The notes: generated by a model from the letters alone, not told the origin. A stretch of DNA of 64,000 nucleotides from Callorhinchus milii (GCF_018977255.1 NW_024704763.1:2976001-3040000); one strand, 5' to 3'. Shown: positions 44,601 through 59,199, numbered from the stretch's first letter. Numbers and translations: made by a program.

Positions 44601-47600
44601 GGGTCAGATGTTATATATCTGCAGGGTTTAACAGTTTAAAAAATTACTAGCAATGTTTCCGAGCTTCTGAATCTCTCCGTTTGGATCCTGCGCAACTTAT
44701 TCACACAAAATACTAGGAGCTGCTGTGGTGGTATTGGGTGTATATCATATGCTTGTCACTAAAATAGTGATTGTTCGCAATGGGATTTCTCCTGTTAGCA
44801 TAAAGTATCAAAACAGTCTGAACCATATTCAGAATAGACAAAAGCTTGTGGAGTCCAGTAGCTCAGTGGTTAATGCACTCGGCTTGCAAGCAAGAGGACC
44901 TCGGTTCCATTCCCGGGCGGGGCTAAACTTTAGGCAGGTTTCCTTACTCCACACTCCTCTGTTTGCCTAGCAGCAAGTAGGAACCCGGTTGTTAGTCGAT
45001 TGGCGGATTGCTCTCCGGGGGTCAATAATCCCTTCAAAAACAATACTCAATCCACGTGAGAAGGTGCTATATTGAATGCAAGGATTATTATGAATATTAT
45101 TGCCGATAGATGGTCAGATGGAGCCATTAATGGAAACAAAACATTGAGAAACCTGTGGCCCGAGGCATCTACTTGAGGGGTGGGAAAGCAATGGAGAGAA
45201 AATAAAATACCATAATGTCAAATGGTCTCCAGCAAACTGTTCTATGTTAAAACGTTTTATACAATAATTGAAACTAATTGTAATGTTTCTGTAGGAACAA
45301 ATATTATAACTCAGGATGGCGTCGATTGGAATGTTACTGACTTTAAAACAACACCAAAAATGTCCAGCTACCTATTGGCGTTCATTGTTTCTGACTTCAT
45401 TTCCATTGACGAAGAACTAAATGGAACTTCGGTAAGAGGCTGAAATGTCTTGAGTCTAAACACTGATGCAGACTAAATTTTTTTTAGTTTAAATATTTTT
45501 CTTTTGCATGGACTCACGCACCTATCCTGGACTGAATCCCAAGCGTGAGACACATTCCACCCTTCATCCTATATGTGAAACACATCCCACTCTCAATGCC
45601 TTTGCTCGATCCATGAGACAGACACATACCTTACTAAATGCCATGAGAACTCAGATAAATCATACGTTCAGCTGAATAATTAGAACAAACTGCACAATCA
45701 TAGAGCTGGCACCACTTCTTCTAATCACAAACAGAATTATTCCTTTTTACTGTACAGCATTCATCTTTTGTGAAGGATTCCCTAAACTCTGAGTAATGTT
45801 CCTTCCGTTTAGAGATACTGTAGCAATGTGGATTACATACAGAGATAATAAAGTCTCTATTTTGCAAGAATTATTATTATTATTATGTAGAGAATGTAGT
45901 TGAAACCACAATAGGAGAATGATGTTCCTTCCTACAGAGATAGCAAAGCATCTCGAATGTTTCTTCAATTGGGATAATAATATTTATTCAGCGAAGGGAT
46001 TTTTTAAATTTGGCAATCAGGATTAGGCCCCACTCACCCCCCATTAAACTAAATTAGACCCAATCACATTCCTAAAAGGGGAATGGGTATTTGCCGTTTA
46101 TCTAGCAATAAGGAGGAAGCTGGTTGTTAATTGACTGACGGATCGCTTTCCAAGAGTAATAATCCCTTCAAAAAAAGCAATAAAATAAATAATAATAATT
46201 TGGTCAATCAAGTCATGACTGTTTGTGGGACACTGCTGTGCGCAATTGGCTGCCGAGTTTCACTCACAAAATAAACTTTCAATTCACTTTATGGTATATT
46301 TTGTGAAGTGCTTTGAGACGTGATGATGTGATAAGGCGCTATATCAAATGCGACGATTATGGTTATTATTCTATATGGATTTCATGCAGACAAGAGAACA
46401 TATCCTCTTTACAATGACACTAACCTTCCATTTATGGAAAGATAGTCGCATTGCATGGAATAATAATTTCTGTGCAGAGATGATTACAGTTTATTCCCTG
46501 CAATTTTCATTCTAAATCCAGACGCTAACCTTTTCTCCCTACAGAAAACAGGGAGGCTATTGTGCAAAACAGAATGAGTTGAATCTATAAATGTGTTCTG
46601 AATAATTTCATTTTATTTTTAAGTTCAGTATTTGGGCACGTAGGCAAGCCATTAATGAAGGACAAGGAAATTATGCGTTGGAAGTGACTGGGAAAATCCT
46701 GAAGTTTTTTGAATCCTATTACAACGTAGCCTACCCACTGCCAAAGTCAGGTAACTAACTTCTTTCAAACTGTGTGTTCCCAGTTCGTATGAGGTTAAAA
46801 ATATAAGTATTTCTTTAAAGGGATTCCGCTCCTGATCAGAGCAGAGCACCTGCAGGTCAGCTGGTTCTGTGAAGGTGCTTTGAAATGTCCTCCGATAACA
46901 GCAGTTTTACATTTATATGAAAGACGCCATATTAAGATAAAACTGCTGCTGTTGTCATTGTGGTGTGTCTCTGGTTACCGGAATTAGGTAAACAGGATGT
47001 GTCACTCCATTGCAATAATCTATCTCTGGAATTGCCATGTGTAGGTGGGATGCATGGACTTCTCAGTTTGGTTTGGATGCTCTTAAGCAAGGGAGGTGGG
47101 TTTCCGCATGTGTCGGACCCCCATTTAGGAAATACCACAAAATGAGATCTCTGTTTTGTTTCTAGTTTATCGTAGATTAAGTAATTGGACATTGTCAGTA
47201 GGGGGCTGTCAGTCTGCCTGTTCAGGCGGACAGTAAAGATCTATTTGAAAAAAAAGGGGGATTTTATATCACTGCCATAGCCAACAATCCGGAATGCAAT
47301 TGATCATTAATTTCACGGCTATTTGAGGGACCTTATGGTAAATAAAATAGCTGCTGCATGTGTATGCAAATACACATAGAGAAATGGCATGTGAAACACT
47401 TTGGGCATTTTGACGTGATATCAAATGCAAGGATTGTTAAAGGATTATCGCAATGCAATGCAATGCACACCATGCCTAAAGAAGAATTAATAGACTTCAA
47501 TCTTCAATCGAGAACAATATTGCATATTTCTGTATTAATTATCAATATAAATTATAAATATGGCATCTTCTGTTTCTAATCCTACAAACAGATCAGATTG

Positions 47601-50600
47601 CTCTTCCCGACTTCAACGCTGGAGCGATGGAAAACTGGGGCCTTGTTACCTACCGTGAGACTGCTCTTTTGTATGATCCGAAACTGTCATCTAATGGAAA
47701 CAAGGAGAGAGTTGTGAAAGTGATAGCTCATGAACTGGCCCATCAGGTATAAACAATGTCGTTCTTGTGTGACAGTAATTGGACAGAGCATAAGACTTCT
47801 TGTGTACTATATGCCTTCGGGGTTATTTCAAAAGGCATTTGATACAAAACTTGTGCAAGACTTTGATTAAGCCACAGTTGGGAGTATTGTGTTCAGCAGT
47901 GCTGACCAACCTATGGCTCGTGGGCCGGATGTGGCCCCCAAGGCCATCAAGAAGAAACCCCCCGCGCCCCCCCCCACCTGAGCATATTAGTCCTTAGGAC
48001 GTCTCAAAGGGCTTCTCACAGATAATCTTGTGGATTCTTTCAAAACCGATTCAAGTTAATGCTTGAGAAAAAAGGGGATATTTAAGGGAAATGGGTGTGA
48101 GTGGGAGAGTGCGATGCTATTCGATGGCAGTCGTGGCCATAAAAGCCACAAGCTTGTTGGGGTGAATGGCGTGTTCCTGTCGTGTAACCTTCTATGATTC
48201 TATGCTCCTTGCTCTCAGTGGTTTGGAAACTTGGTGACTATCAAATGGTGGAATGACCTATGGCTGAATGAAGGATTTGCCTCTTACGTGGAATACCTGG
48301 GCGCTGATCACGCTGAGCAAACTTGGCACTTGGTAAGTGAGTCCGAGACAGAAAGCTTTTAAGAAGCCGTTCACGGGACAAAATAACTGTAATGACATTC
48401 ACCTTATTTCTTGAAACAACGTTGCATTAAAACATCTGCATTTGCTCACAGAGCCTCATCACATTGAAATATGCAGAGAACTTGTGTGCAATGTAGTGGC
48501 TGTTTCTGTAGATAAACTGCAGGTCTTTGGGCCAGGAAGGTCTCACCAACATTGGATTTGAACAACAACAAATTATACTTGTATAGCGTCTTTCACGTCA
48601 GGAGGATGTCCCTTGGCGCTGGACAGACAGGGATTTGGACCCGAGCTGGGGGTTGGGATCAGAAGGGATGGTTTAGGAGGGTGAACCAAAGTTGCAGTCA
48701 AAAAGATCACAATTGCACTGTAATCCTTTGATTGGACACAACAATCTGCACTTGTTAACTTCCACACACACACCATCCTTTTCTTTTGTTTTTTGCAGAA
48801 AGATTTAATCGTGCTGTCGGATGTGTACAAAGTGTTTGCGATCGATGCGTTAGCCTCATCTCACCCTCTCTCGTCGAAGGAGAGCGAGATTAATTCGCCC
48901 TCAGAAATCAACGAACTCTTTGACTCTATCTCATACAGCAAGGTAAGAGTATAACTTTCTTTACCCTTCTTAAAACAACAGCAACAAATTGCATTTGTAC
49001 AGCGCCTTTCACTATATTCTTGCAATGCATGTATTCTGTGAAGCAATTTGAGACGTCTCGAGATGATGTGATAACGCACTATTTCAAATACAAGGATTAT
49101 TATTATTAATGTCGGGAGGACATCCCAAGGCGCTGGACAGCGAAAGGTTTGCATTCAAGCTAGGGGTTGGAATCAAGATGGGCTGAAGGCAAGTGGAGTG
49201 GAGGTGGGAGGATGACACTGTCGAAGGCACGGTCGAAGAGGAAGGTCTTGAAGGAGACAAGGGAGGGGGCAAGGAGGAGATGCTCAATTTATAGTTGAAC
49301 TTACCCGATGTTACACTTTTGCTCGTAGCACTAAAGACGCTTAATTCTACCATGCTGTTGGTTGACTTTCATTGCAGGGCGCATCTGTGCTGAGGATGCT
49401 TTCCAGCTTTCTCTCAGAAGAAGTCTTCTTGAAAGGCCTCAATGTAAGGTTGAATTGTATTTGAAGATACATTAACTCAGTTGAAATATTTCAATTGATG
49501 GCCGAAATGTTTGGATTCAACTCTTTGCGCTTCATTCACAGAGCTACCTCACAGAGTTTTCGTTCAGCAACACTGTCTACAACGACCTCTTTCAGCACTT
49601 GCAGAAGGTATGTCACTGCATAGCATGATGTGAAATCAGATGAACAAAATCCATTCAATCACAGCACAGATTCCCTTGCAGAAACCCTTCAACTCATTTC
49701 ACCTGGATCAATGTGTTTTGCTACAATTGTCTTTGGAAGAAAAAAAAATAACTTTAAAGCTTCCAAAGCAATAAAGTTGCTCCAAGTCGGGCTCTGCCAC
49801 TTTTCAGCGCTGCGAGATGCTGCCCTGCGTGAAGGGCAATATATAAATTCAACTTGTTGTTGTTAACTGAATTCAGTCTTCCTTGCTTAGGCTGTTGAAT
49901 CATCGAGCGTCTCATTACCTGCTTCGGTGACAGATATAATGAGCAGGTGGACGTTACAGATGGGATTTCCAGTTGTAAAGATAAACAGTCAGACTGGAGA
50001 AATCAGTCAGAACCATTTCCTTCTTGATCCAAACTCGACTGTGACACGACCCTCAGAGTTTGGGTAAGTCTTTGTCAGACCATTGGTCTTACCGAATCTC
50101 ATCCCTGGTGTGTGGATTCTGTCATGGGTTCACTTGACCTCATTATCTTATCGTTGCAAGATATTACAACTACATCCTCTTGGTCAACAATTGGAGACAT
50201 AGTGCAATGATTCTTAAGAAACAATGATTTTTATGGTGAGCGATAGGGTTGTTGATATTTCAGCTGTACTACCTGAAGGATTGCACAGAGATAAACCCAG
50301 CCGAATCCCAGCGATGTTCTTCACATCTATTCTGCTTTCTATATGTTTTCAGTTATGTTTGGATTGTGCCAATTACATATATGAAGCAAGGTGGCAGTGA
50401 CGTGAATGAGCTTTGGTTGAATAAGAAAACAGGTATGGATACTGGGTGTTTGCACCTACCTCAGCGAGAAGCTCCCAAAACAACAGCTTACATTTATATA
50501 GAACCCTCACACGGGGTAGCTAAACACCTATCAAAATACATAAACATAACACTCACTTCTTGTAATATCTTGCATGATGTGTATGTGTACATAACTAGAG

Positions 50601-53308
50601 AATCACAATACGATTGGGAGCTGTTTGGGAGGCAATGTGTTTGGACTTGTTTTAATTAAACTGGGGGTCAAGACTTCCCAAGCATACCAAGTATACTTCA
50701 TGTTATTGTTATTACATGATTTATATGTTTCTTTGTTTTCATCCACAATAGAGACTTCCCAAGAAATGAAAGTCACTGGGAATCAATGGATCCTGGCTAA
50801 CATTAATGTTACGGGATACTACAGAGTGAACTATGATGAAAACAACTGGAAAAACCTTTTGTCTCAACTGGAAACAGATCACAAAGTGAGTGTTATCTGC
50901 AGCTTGTTTCGATTGCTATCACATGATTTTCTTAACTGCCAATTCTGACCGGAAAACCCATGCAATGTTCACTTCCTTTAATGAATTTCTATTCATTTGG
51001 AAAACGATTTTTCAAAAAACTTTACAAATTCAACACGAATGTAAATAATTTCCCCAAATTCCACCCAATTTAATTTCTTATCCTCTAATTTTGTGAAATA
51101 GACCACTCCATAGTTAATTTGTTGTGTACAATTGGCTGTCACTTTTCGCCCATGAAATATACAGTCACTTTACAGTATACTCTGTGAAGAGCTTTGAGCC
51201 TCGAAGATGTGGTAAGGTGCAATATCAAATGCAAGGATTATTATTATTATTTAAGAGAATGGTCTTAAGGCTAAGTCAACGAAGAATTTTGGACTGCAGG
51301 CTTCATCTTGATGCTGACTGGATTGGAAGTGCCATATAATAATAATAATAATAATCCTTGCATTTGATATAGCGCTTTTCACGTCGGGAGGACGTCCCAA
51401 AGCGCTTCACAGAACACACTGTAAAGTGAATTGACTGTATATTTGTGGGCGAACGCAGCGGCCAATTGCACACAGCAATGTCCCACAAACAGTCGTAGAT
51501 TGAAAATGACCAATTTATTATTGGTTTTGGTTTTGGAGGGATTATTATTAGGCTCTGTGTGGAGTAAGAAAACTTGCCCTGCTTCCTCTCGAGAGCAGTG
51601 GCTGCAGATATTGAAATGAGGCACACACGAGACATACTCTAGATATGGCAGACGTTGCTACATAATCCATATATTAATTCTTGTTTCACAGGTCATTCCG
51701 ATAATCAACCGAGCTCAGATAATTGCTGACTCCTTCAATCTGGCCAGGTAAGTTGATTTACAAATGACACCTATTATATGGGAGCTAAGGGATGTCTCTG
51801 ATCCCACCATGAAAAGCCAACGAAGCAGAAGCAGAAGGCAATAGGATGTGTAAACATTAATTTTTTTTTGGACATTGAAACTTTTATCATATTTTTATGG
51901 CCGGTGTTGTTGGTAATTCTCTTCATCCCGACAACTGCAATTAGAATATTGAGGTTTTATTGACAAAGATTGTAAACCATTCCTTATCGAGGTTTAATGC
52001 TGATAATAGAAAAGTGCTCCGTTCTCCATCCCCCAGCACTATTTAAGTATATTATCTCATCTTACCTTCTGCTGTAACAGGGTGCAGTTGTGTTAGCACT
52101 GCTCCAACATAAACCAGATAGTTTTATTGATGGGAACAATGGATATCACTGGTTGTATTTCCATATTCTGCACAAACAGCTAATGGTGCTTTTTTTCCAC
52201 AACAGGGCAGATTATCGAAAAACAACAGATGCGCTGAACACCACCAAATACCTAACCGCTGAGATTGAGTACATACCCTGGCAGGCAGCGTTTGACAACC
52301 TGTATTACATCACGCTAATGCTTGATCGTTCTGAAGTCTATGGAGATATGAAGGTATGACATTACAAGAAACAGTTAATAATAATGATAATTAAATCGCA
52401 TTGAGACCTCTTGAAGATGTAATAAGGTGCTACATCAAATGCAAGTATTATTATTATAATAATACCAATCCTTGCATTTGATACAGTGCCTTTCATGCCA
52501 GGAGACGTCTCAAAGCTCTTCAAAGGAGTTACTATAAAGAGTGGTGATGGTCTGTTCTGTTAACATGGCAGACAATCCCCGGAAACAGCCGTGAAGTGAA
52601 TGATCAATTTTATCAAGAAGTTTGTTGGTCAGGAGACCAGGAGAAACACTCTTTCTTTGAATACTGCTATTGTCCACTCAAACAGGCAGAGGGGACCTTA
52701 GATTATCGTCTCATCCAAAGGAGAGCGATATTGACAATGCAGCATCTCCCCACACCACTGGCACTGGAGTGTCAGTCTAGAGTTCAAAGTCCCGATTTGG
52801 GCTTGAACCCATAGCCTTCCAACTCGGGTGCAAGAATGTCACCAACTGAGCAGGATCCCTGGCTGCTTCCCATCCTCCCTAACCCCGGGAAGGCAAGAGT
52901 CAAATTAGCCTTTCCATCCAAGCCCCCACTTAGACCAGCAAACTCAGCATTGACTGGGATTCAAACTGGGGCTGGCAACTGTAGCTCTATCCACTACACC
53001 ATTGGGATTAACCCAACTGCATTTTCTTACAAAAAAACATTCACGTCATTGTCAAATTAATCTCATTTTCCGAAATGCTTCGAGACACTCAATTACGTGA
53101 GCAGTGCTATTTAATGTTTGTTGTTGGGAGAATGTATTTGGGGCCATATTTTGTGTGCGTTTCAATTGGAATGACACTAATCTGTTCATAACAGAATTAC
53201 ATGAGGCAACAAACGACTCCATTGTACAACCACTTTAAAGTCAAGACAGAAAACTGGACCGTTCCTTCAGAAGGTCACCAGGAGCAGTAAGTAACTGGTT
53301 TGAATGAT

Positions 53309-53347
<39 letters not shown>

Positions 53348-56213
53348 ATGAGTATTGATTCCTGATGTCTTTAATAAACCCAAGGCAGGAGCACTATCAA
53401 AGGGCAGAGTAGATATAATGAGCCAGTGTTCAAACTGCTTGGAAACATTCAATCTGCTCCTTTAGAAGATCTTTTAAGAATCTCTTGATAAATTGCCCAG
53501 GAACCTTTAAGCACCTATCACCTGTTTTAATATTCCAGATACAATGAGGTGAATGCTCTGAGCGCAGCATGTACATATGGGCTCGAAGAGTGTCAGACAA
53601 TAGCCGTCAACTATTACAAGCAATGGATGAACAACTCCAGCAACAACTCGTGAGTAACCCTGAATAACAAGAGATTTTAATGGCAGTATTGCACCAAAAG
53701 CAATGATATTGACTTGTGGAGTCCTGTAGAGTATTGGTTAGAGCACTCACCTCGCAAGCGAGAGGACCCGGATTCAATTCCTGGGAGGGCGAAACATTAG
53801 ACAAGTTTCCTTATCCACTGGCCTCTGTTTACTTAGCAGTAAGTAGGAACCCAGATGTTAGTTGATTAGTGGTAATAATGCCTCCCCCCAAAAAATATGG
53901 CCACTCAATCCACGACTGTTTGTAGGATATCGCTGTGTGCAATTAGTTGGTGCATTTCAGTCTATCCACTTCATAATATATTCTGTGAAGCACTTGGTGA
54001 AACGTGTCAATGAAGTGATAAGGTGCAATATCAAATGCAAGGATTATTAATATTATAATGATTCCATTTTATGTGGGAACTCTGCCTACAGGATTCCTCT
54101 GAACCTGAAGACAACAGTCTACTGCAATGCCATAGCCCTTGGGGGAGAGGAAGAGTGGGAATTTGCGTGGAAAATGTTTAAGTCGGCCACTATTGCTACT
54201 GAAGAAGCCAAACTGCGTTCAGCCATGGCATGCAGTAAGGAACCGTGGATACTCCAGCGGTGAGTAGAGAGAATAGGAACTTGCAAGACCCTGAGCAGCA
54301 AGCATTCAGAGTGTGTGCCATTTGTATGTCTTAATAAGAGGCTGTGTTGTTAAAGGAGGTATCAAAGTTATGATTCTGTCCCAACTATTGGAGTCCTGTA
54401 GCGTAGTGGTTAGCGCACTCGTCTCGCAAGCGTGAGGACCTGGGTTTGATTCCCAGGTGGGGTGAAACCTTAGGCTAGTTTCCTTATCCAACACCTCTCT
54501 GTATACCCAGCAGTAAGTAGGAACCTGGTTGTTAGTTTATTGGCGGATCACTTTCTGGGTGTAATAATCCCTCCAAAAACAAACTAAAAAAAATTGGTCA
54601 CTCAATCCACAACTATCTGTGGGACACAGCTGTGCACAATTGGATGTCGTGTTTCGCCCTCAAAATTCATATTCTATGAAGTGCTTTGAGATGTCACAAC
54701 AAAGTGATAAGGCGCAGTATCAAATACAAGGATTACTATTAACTACAATCACCTCCCAATGTCTTGTACACACATGAACGAGCATGGTTTCAGAGAGCTC
54801 CTGGCACATGTGGTCGGGGAACTCCTGTAGAAAGAAAAAGGAGTAAAAAGCCTCCAGGAAAGAAGGGGGTGGGAGGGAGGAATTGGAGAACCTGTACCCA
54901 CTTCATGAAGTGTTTTCCTTGCTAAAGGTATCTTGACTATACTTTGGACTCAGAAAAAATTAGAAAACAAGATGCCACCTCCACCATTGGGTACATTGCG
55001 AACAATGTGGTAGGACAGCCTCTGGCCTGGAATTTTGTTCGTGCGAAATGGAATTTTATATTTGAACAGTGAGTATGGAGCTCCTGCACTAATATCCTGC
55101 ATCAATCTCGCACCGAATTGTCAACTCCCTCACAATGCAGCTAGCAACACATCTCCGCTCGTGGCTATTGGGTTTGTGAGAATGTTTTTTGGTGGGCGGG
55201 GGGGCTACCAGGTGTCAAACATGATGCGAGGGAAACCATCACTTCTTCAAACTACTAAGAGCTTCTCATATGTACAAAAATCTCCAATTGTCTGGCACGG
55301 AGTGCACACTCTCTCCCAGTACGGAGTTCACTGAATCCCAGGAAATTCAGGCGCACTTTCAGGCAAGAGGCAAGGCTTGAGCTCTGTGCGAGAGTCTTAT
55401 AACATTTTAAAAGTGCCTTGTAACATTGCTCTTCTTTCTCTCTCACTCTCTCTCTCTCTCTCTCACTCTCTCTCTCTCTCTCTCACTCTCTCTCACTCCA
55501 GGTACGGTGGGGGCTCATTCTCATTCTCCTCGCTGATAGACGGGGTGACGAAACGATTTTCATCGGAATTTGAACTGCAGCAGGTTTGTGATCAACTTAT
55601 TCCTCCAGGTGTTTCCTTCAGTTAAGATGAGCCACCCTCAGGTGCTTCAATCTCTCCCAGCACTCGCTAACTCAGTTCTTTCACTCAGTTAGCCTAACCT
55701 GGCTTGCTTCTCTCCCTTAACAAATCTTGACGCTATTTTGACAGAGCCAGCTACTCTCTCACAGCTCACTGAGCACCCATCAGGTTTAATTCAATGTTAA
55801 TACGTTCGCCTTTCCCTGCAAACTACACGGACGCTTACATTTGACAGTAAATCCTGTGACGTGTTTCGAGATTCAGGATCACAAAGTATCTCAGGATAAT
55901 TCTGCCTTAATTCAGGAATTCTTAAAAAGCACTGCGCAAAACGGCCTCTCAAATCGGTGAGATTTGAAGCGGATTCGGTCACTGGGCCGCGAGGAATTCA
56001 AGGTCTTAGCTGTTGCCTCTGAGCTCATTACCTCTGTGCTGTTGTACTCTGCAGCTGGAACAGTTTAAGAAAGACAATGAGGATATTGGCTTTGGATCAG
56101 GAACGCGTGCTCTCGAGCAGGCTCTGGAGAAAACGAAAGCCAACATACAGTGGGTCTCCAAGAACAAGGAGCAAGTCCATCAGTGGTTCATAGATGCGAC
56201 TGTGAAACCATAA
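41669..56213 (+). CDS. ANPEP: Aminopeptidase N (CD13), M1 zinc metallopeptidase, type II membrane protein; 20 coding exons, 967 aa
   Basis: Exons 41669-42276, 44420-44562, 45295-45431, 46624-46750, 47592-47746, 48219-48332, 48799-48942, 49378-49443, 49542-49607, 49891-50063, 50353-50432, 50752-50885, 51692-51747, 52206-52353, 53195-53286, 53539-53649, 54092-54259, 54928-55068, 55502-55583, 56055-56213 (2904 nt, in frame). MGKGFYISR plus signal anchor, GAMEN (47621-47635), HELAH (47729-47743), NEGFA, YSKG. AATAAA at 56241. Confidence 0.96.
43600..44172 (-). mobile_element. Deu-type SINE interrupted by a hAT MITE remnant (~43760-43978)
   Basis: Deu-like sequence on both sides, reverse tRNA-like head (ccaactgagcc) at ~44160-44170, MITE right end gttggcccaccactg. 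Confidence 0.55.
44848..45095 (+). mobile_element. tRNA-derived SINE with internal deletion, ANPEP intron
   Basis: Head gtggagtccagtagctcagtggtt; long-variant body; tail tgcaaggattatt. Confidence 0.85.
51120..51580. mobile_element. Inverted SINE pair (51120-51250 +, 51336-51580 -)
   Basis: Tails face each other with ~85 nt spacer. Confidence 0.82.
52400..52852. mobile_element. SINE tail (+) abutting a - strand Deu-type SINE
   Basis: atcaaatgcaagtattattatt...aatccttgcatttgat junction; reverse head gctcagttggtgac...gggttcaagccc at ~52800-52850. Confidence 0.7.
53716..54055 (+). mobile_element. tRNA-derived SINE, long variant
   Basis: Head, body and tail motifs as above. Confidence 0.85.
54389..54740 (+). 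mobile_element. tRNA-derived SINE, long variant
   Basis: Head tggagtcctgtagcgtagtggttagcg; body; tail atcaaatacaaggattact. Confidence 0.85.
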
Positions 56214-58844
56214 CACATTACCGAATCACCTGTAAATATAAATAAACAAACTGGCTATAAATACGTTTCAGAATGAACTGCACACCTCTAAAGCCAGGAA
56301 ACTGCTTCAGATTGGAGTTGTCAGGGCATCTGCTTTTACAGACTCGAATGCACTTCCCATCTCTGCTTCAAACCCATTCTTTAGGAACATAGGAACAAGA
56401 GTAGGCCATTCAGCCCCTCAAATCTGTTGCATTATTCCATTAGATCATGGCTGATCTGTGCCTCAACTCCAATTACCCGCCTTTGCCCCATATCCCTCGA
56501 TACCCTGACCAAATAAAATCTATCCACCTCAGTCTTAAAAATTTGAATAGATTCAGCATCCACAGCCTTTTAGGTGAGAGAATTGTAGATTTTGGGACTT
56601 TCCCATTCCAATGGTTGTACAACCAAGTTTTATGGACGGTTCCAAAAACTCAGGGAGGTCATTTTAAAACTGTCTGTGCCACACCATACTGTACCGTAAC
56701 CAGCACACTGTGCTGAACCAGTCTGTGCCTTATCACTGCATCCTGTCCAGGATCATACTGTGCAATATCATAACTGATCGATGTTGCACTGTTAGTGTGA
56801 TTCAGCACGGAAACTGCTTCTTATTGACTGGATGTATAGTAGGTCAGCGAGAGGCACTGCTGGAGGACAGCAAGGCTCAATTGCGGTGGCTAGTAGCTCA
56901 CGCTTTACTTTGTTATGAAATTACTGTCTGTGATCAATCACTAAATCAGCCTGTTGCCAAGATCTGCACTATCTTTCCCGCCCTGTAACTATGATGGTAT
57001 TGAAGCTCTCCATGTCATTATGAAAGCCTTCGTCCAATGTTGCACTCACTTTCTCAGTCCCCACGGCACTGTTTAAACAGGTTTTATGAAACTCCCAGTC
57101 ATATTGCTGTTGGCTTCTTGTCAGTTTCATTCACTGAATGTTGCAATGTCGTAAAGTATTTCTTACTGTTTGAAACCATCTTACGAACAGAAATCCTTGG
57201 ATCGAGCTGTTTCGGGAGAATTAACACGGTTTGTCCCATAACAGACTTTGTCACTGGTAGATTCCATCCGTTTCTTCACTGAGAAAGGAAAAGTGCCACA
57301 TTACATGATTCAAATCCTGTATATTGCAAAACAACAATGATGGGTTCATTAAACTTAGTTCAAATAAAGTCTTGGTGCATGGACTATATTCCTTGGGAAG
57401 TCACAATGACGTGATACAGGGCTATATCAAATGCAAGGATTATTCTTATTTTTATAATGAAGTAGTCTTAGAGCCGAGTGAAGCGGAGAGCAATTGCAGG
57501 CATGGATTGCGACCCAGGTCTTATGAAATATAGGAGTGTTTGATCACGATAAGGCAATGCACCATTATCCCCAGTACTTAGCCTAACTGAACCCTGAAAC
57601 CTAAAGCCTGATCAGACTGTGGACTCTGTGGTCTGAGAGGATGACCATCAAAATTGGGTAAGAGAATGGGGAGAAACTGCCAACCACAGTGAGTCCTAGA
57701 AAGGATAGAAAAAGAATGTCTGATGGTTAATTACAGGGGGAGACACTGAGCCAGCACTACAACCAATGGGATTCCCAGATCCCGTGCTTAGCTTTCAGGT
57801 CTGTGGTTTTGAAGATGGTGGAGTTCATTTATTATGTTTGATTGGGTTTATTTTGTGTGTTCAGATAACTTTCTCAGGTAATCTTATTTAAAGTATCTCA
57901 GCTAATAAAACTTTTATGACTTTATTGGTTGCTGTGGTCTTTGTCTCTGTCAATGGAACATTGATTGGGTACATGCCATGTAACCTGATAGCAACAGATA
58001 AGTCTTTCTTTCCCCCGGATTCCTCTTCCACCTCCGCTTTTTAGGCTCTTTGAGTGAAGATAAACCGCTGACAGCAGTGTTTGGAATTCTCCCTTTCGTT
58101 TTGCGTGAATAAAATAAGATCACACGGGTGCCTGATTACGGTTTTTTTCCTGTAAAGTGTAGTGACTTTGTATTTGTAGGCAAAGTACCGTAAGAAGGAG
58201 AGGCAGCTCTTGCAAAGTGCAGAGCTTCAATCTGGGCTCCACCGATTTCTCTTAAGATCAGAGCCAGCACCTGCATGTGTACGTGGCAAACACATGTGGA
58301 ACTCTCAGGCTCTTAAGCAAGGCGACGGGTTTCCGCGGGTATCTTGGCTGCCCCCCAAAAAAGCCAGCATCTGCATTTCTGTAAGGACTGGTCTGACATC
58401 CTGGGTTCACTGTGTGATCACCACAGGAGGAACGACCGTGAACAACGTCCAACAAGTAAACCTATTGAAAAAGTGCTTTTTTTTTCTCCGCACAGGGTAA
58501 CCACACAGTGCAGCCTTTTCATTGGGAAACCTCCCTGTAAATGCTACTTGCAAAGAATTAAAAACGAACGAATATCCGGGGGATTTTTTTTTATTCTTGG
58601 CTCCCGCCTGCTTCTGTTGACTTTCTCGAACGTCGATTTTTCTTGCGCGCGGCGAGATCCGACCGCTTGTGGAAGAGTTGCAAAGTCCGAGACGCCACTC
58701 CAAATTCCACGCGAACCTGTTGCCGCTTGCTATTGCAATAACACTAATCCTTGCATTTGAATCGGTGCCGGAAGGGCGGGTTCCTTGAACTACAGGACCG
58801 CGGCACAGTCCCTCGAATCATGCTACGGCGTCTTAAACCCAACT

Positions 58845-58921
58845 GTGCAGCGCCTTGGGACGTCCTCCTGACGTGAAAGGCGCTTTATAAATGGAATCTT
58901 GTTGTTGTTGTTGTTGTTGTT
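58845..58921 (+). mobile_element. L2-type 3' terminal stem-loop with (TTG)n tail
   Basis: gcgccttgggacgtcctcctgacgtgaaaggcgc followed by tttataaat...(ttg)n; near-identical copies at 1518-1590(+) and 48563-48625(-). Confidence 0.8.
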
Positions 58922-59199
58922 AAAATAGATTCACTCTTTATTATAGGCTGCGGACGATCCTGCGGATCGATTTTGGAAACGAGGAGAACGTCTGGTCTGA
59001 ATGCATCAATTCAGGGCCCGCGAGCGCCCTCCTGTGCGGCTTTTTACGCAACACGTTGCAAGATCCCAGTGGGGTCGTGGTTCAACAGTGAGACAACAGG
59101 AGATTTGGCCCCTTCGTGCCCTCCGAACCCAATCGCGCTCCGAAAATTGGTTTCGTGGACCTAAAAGTCGCCCCCAAAAAAAACAGTAGCCCCCCCCCC

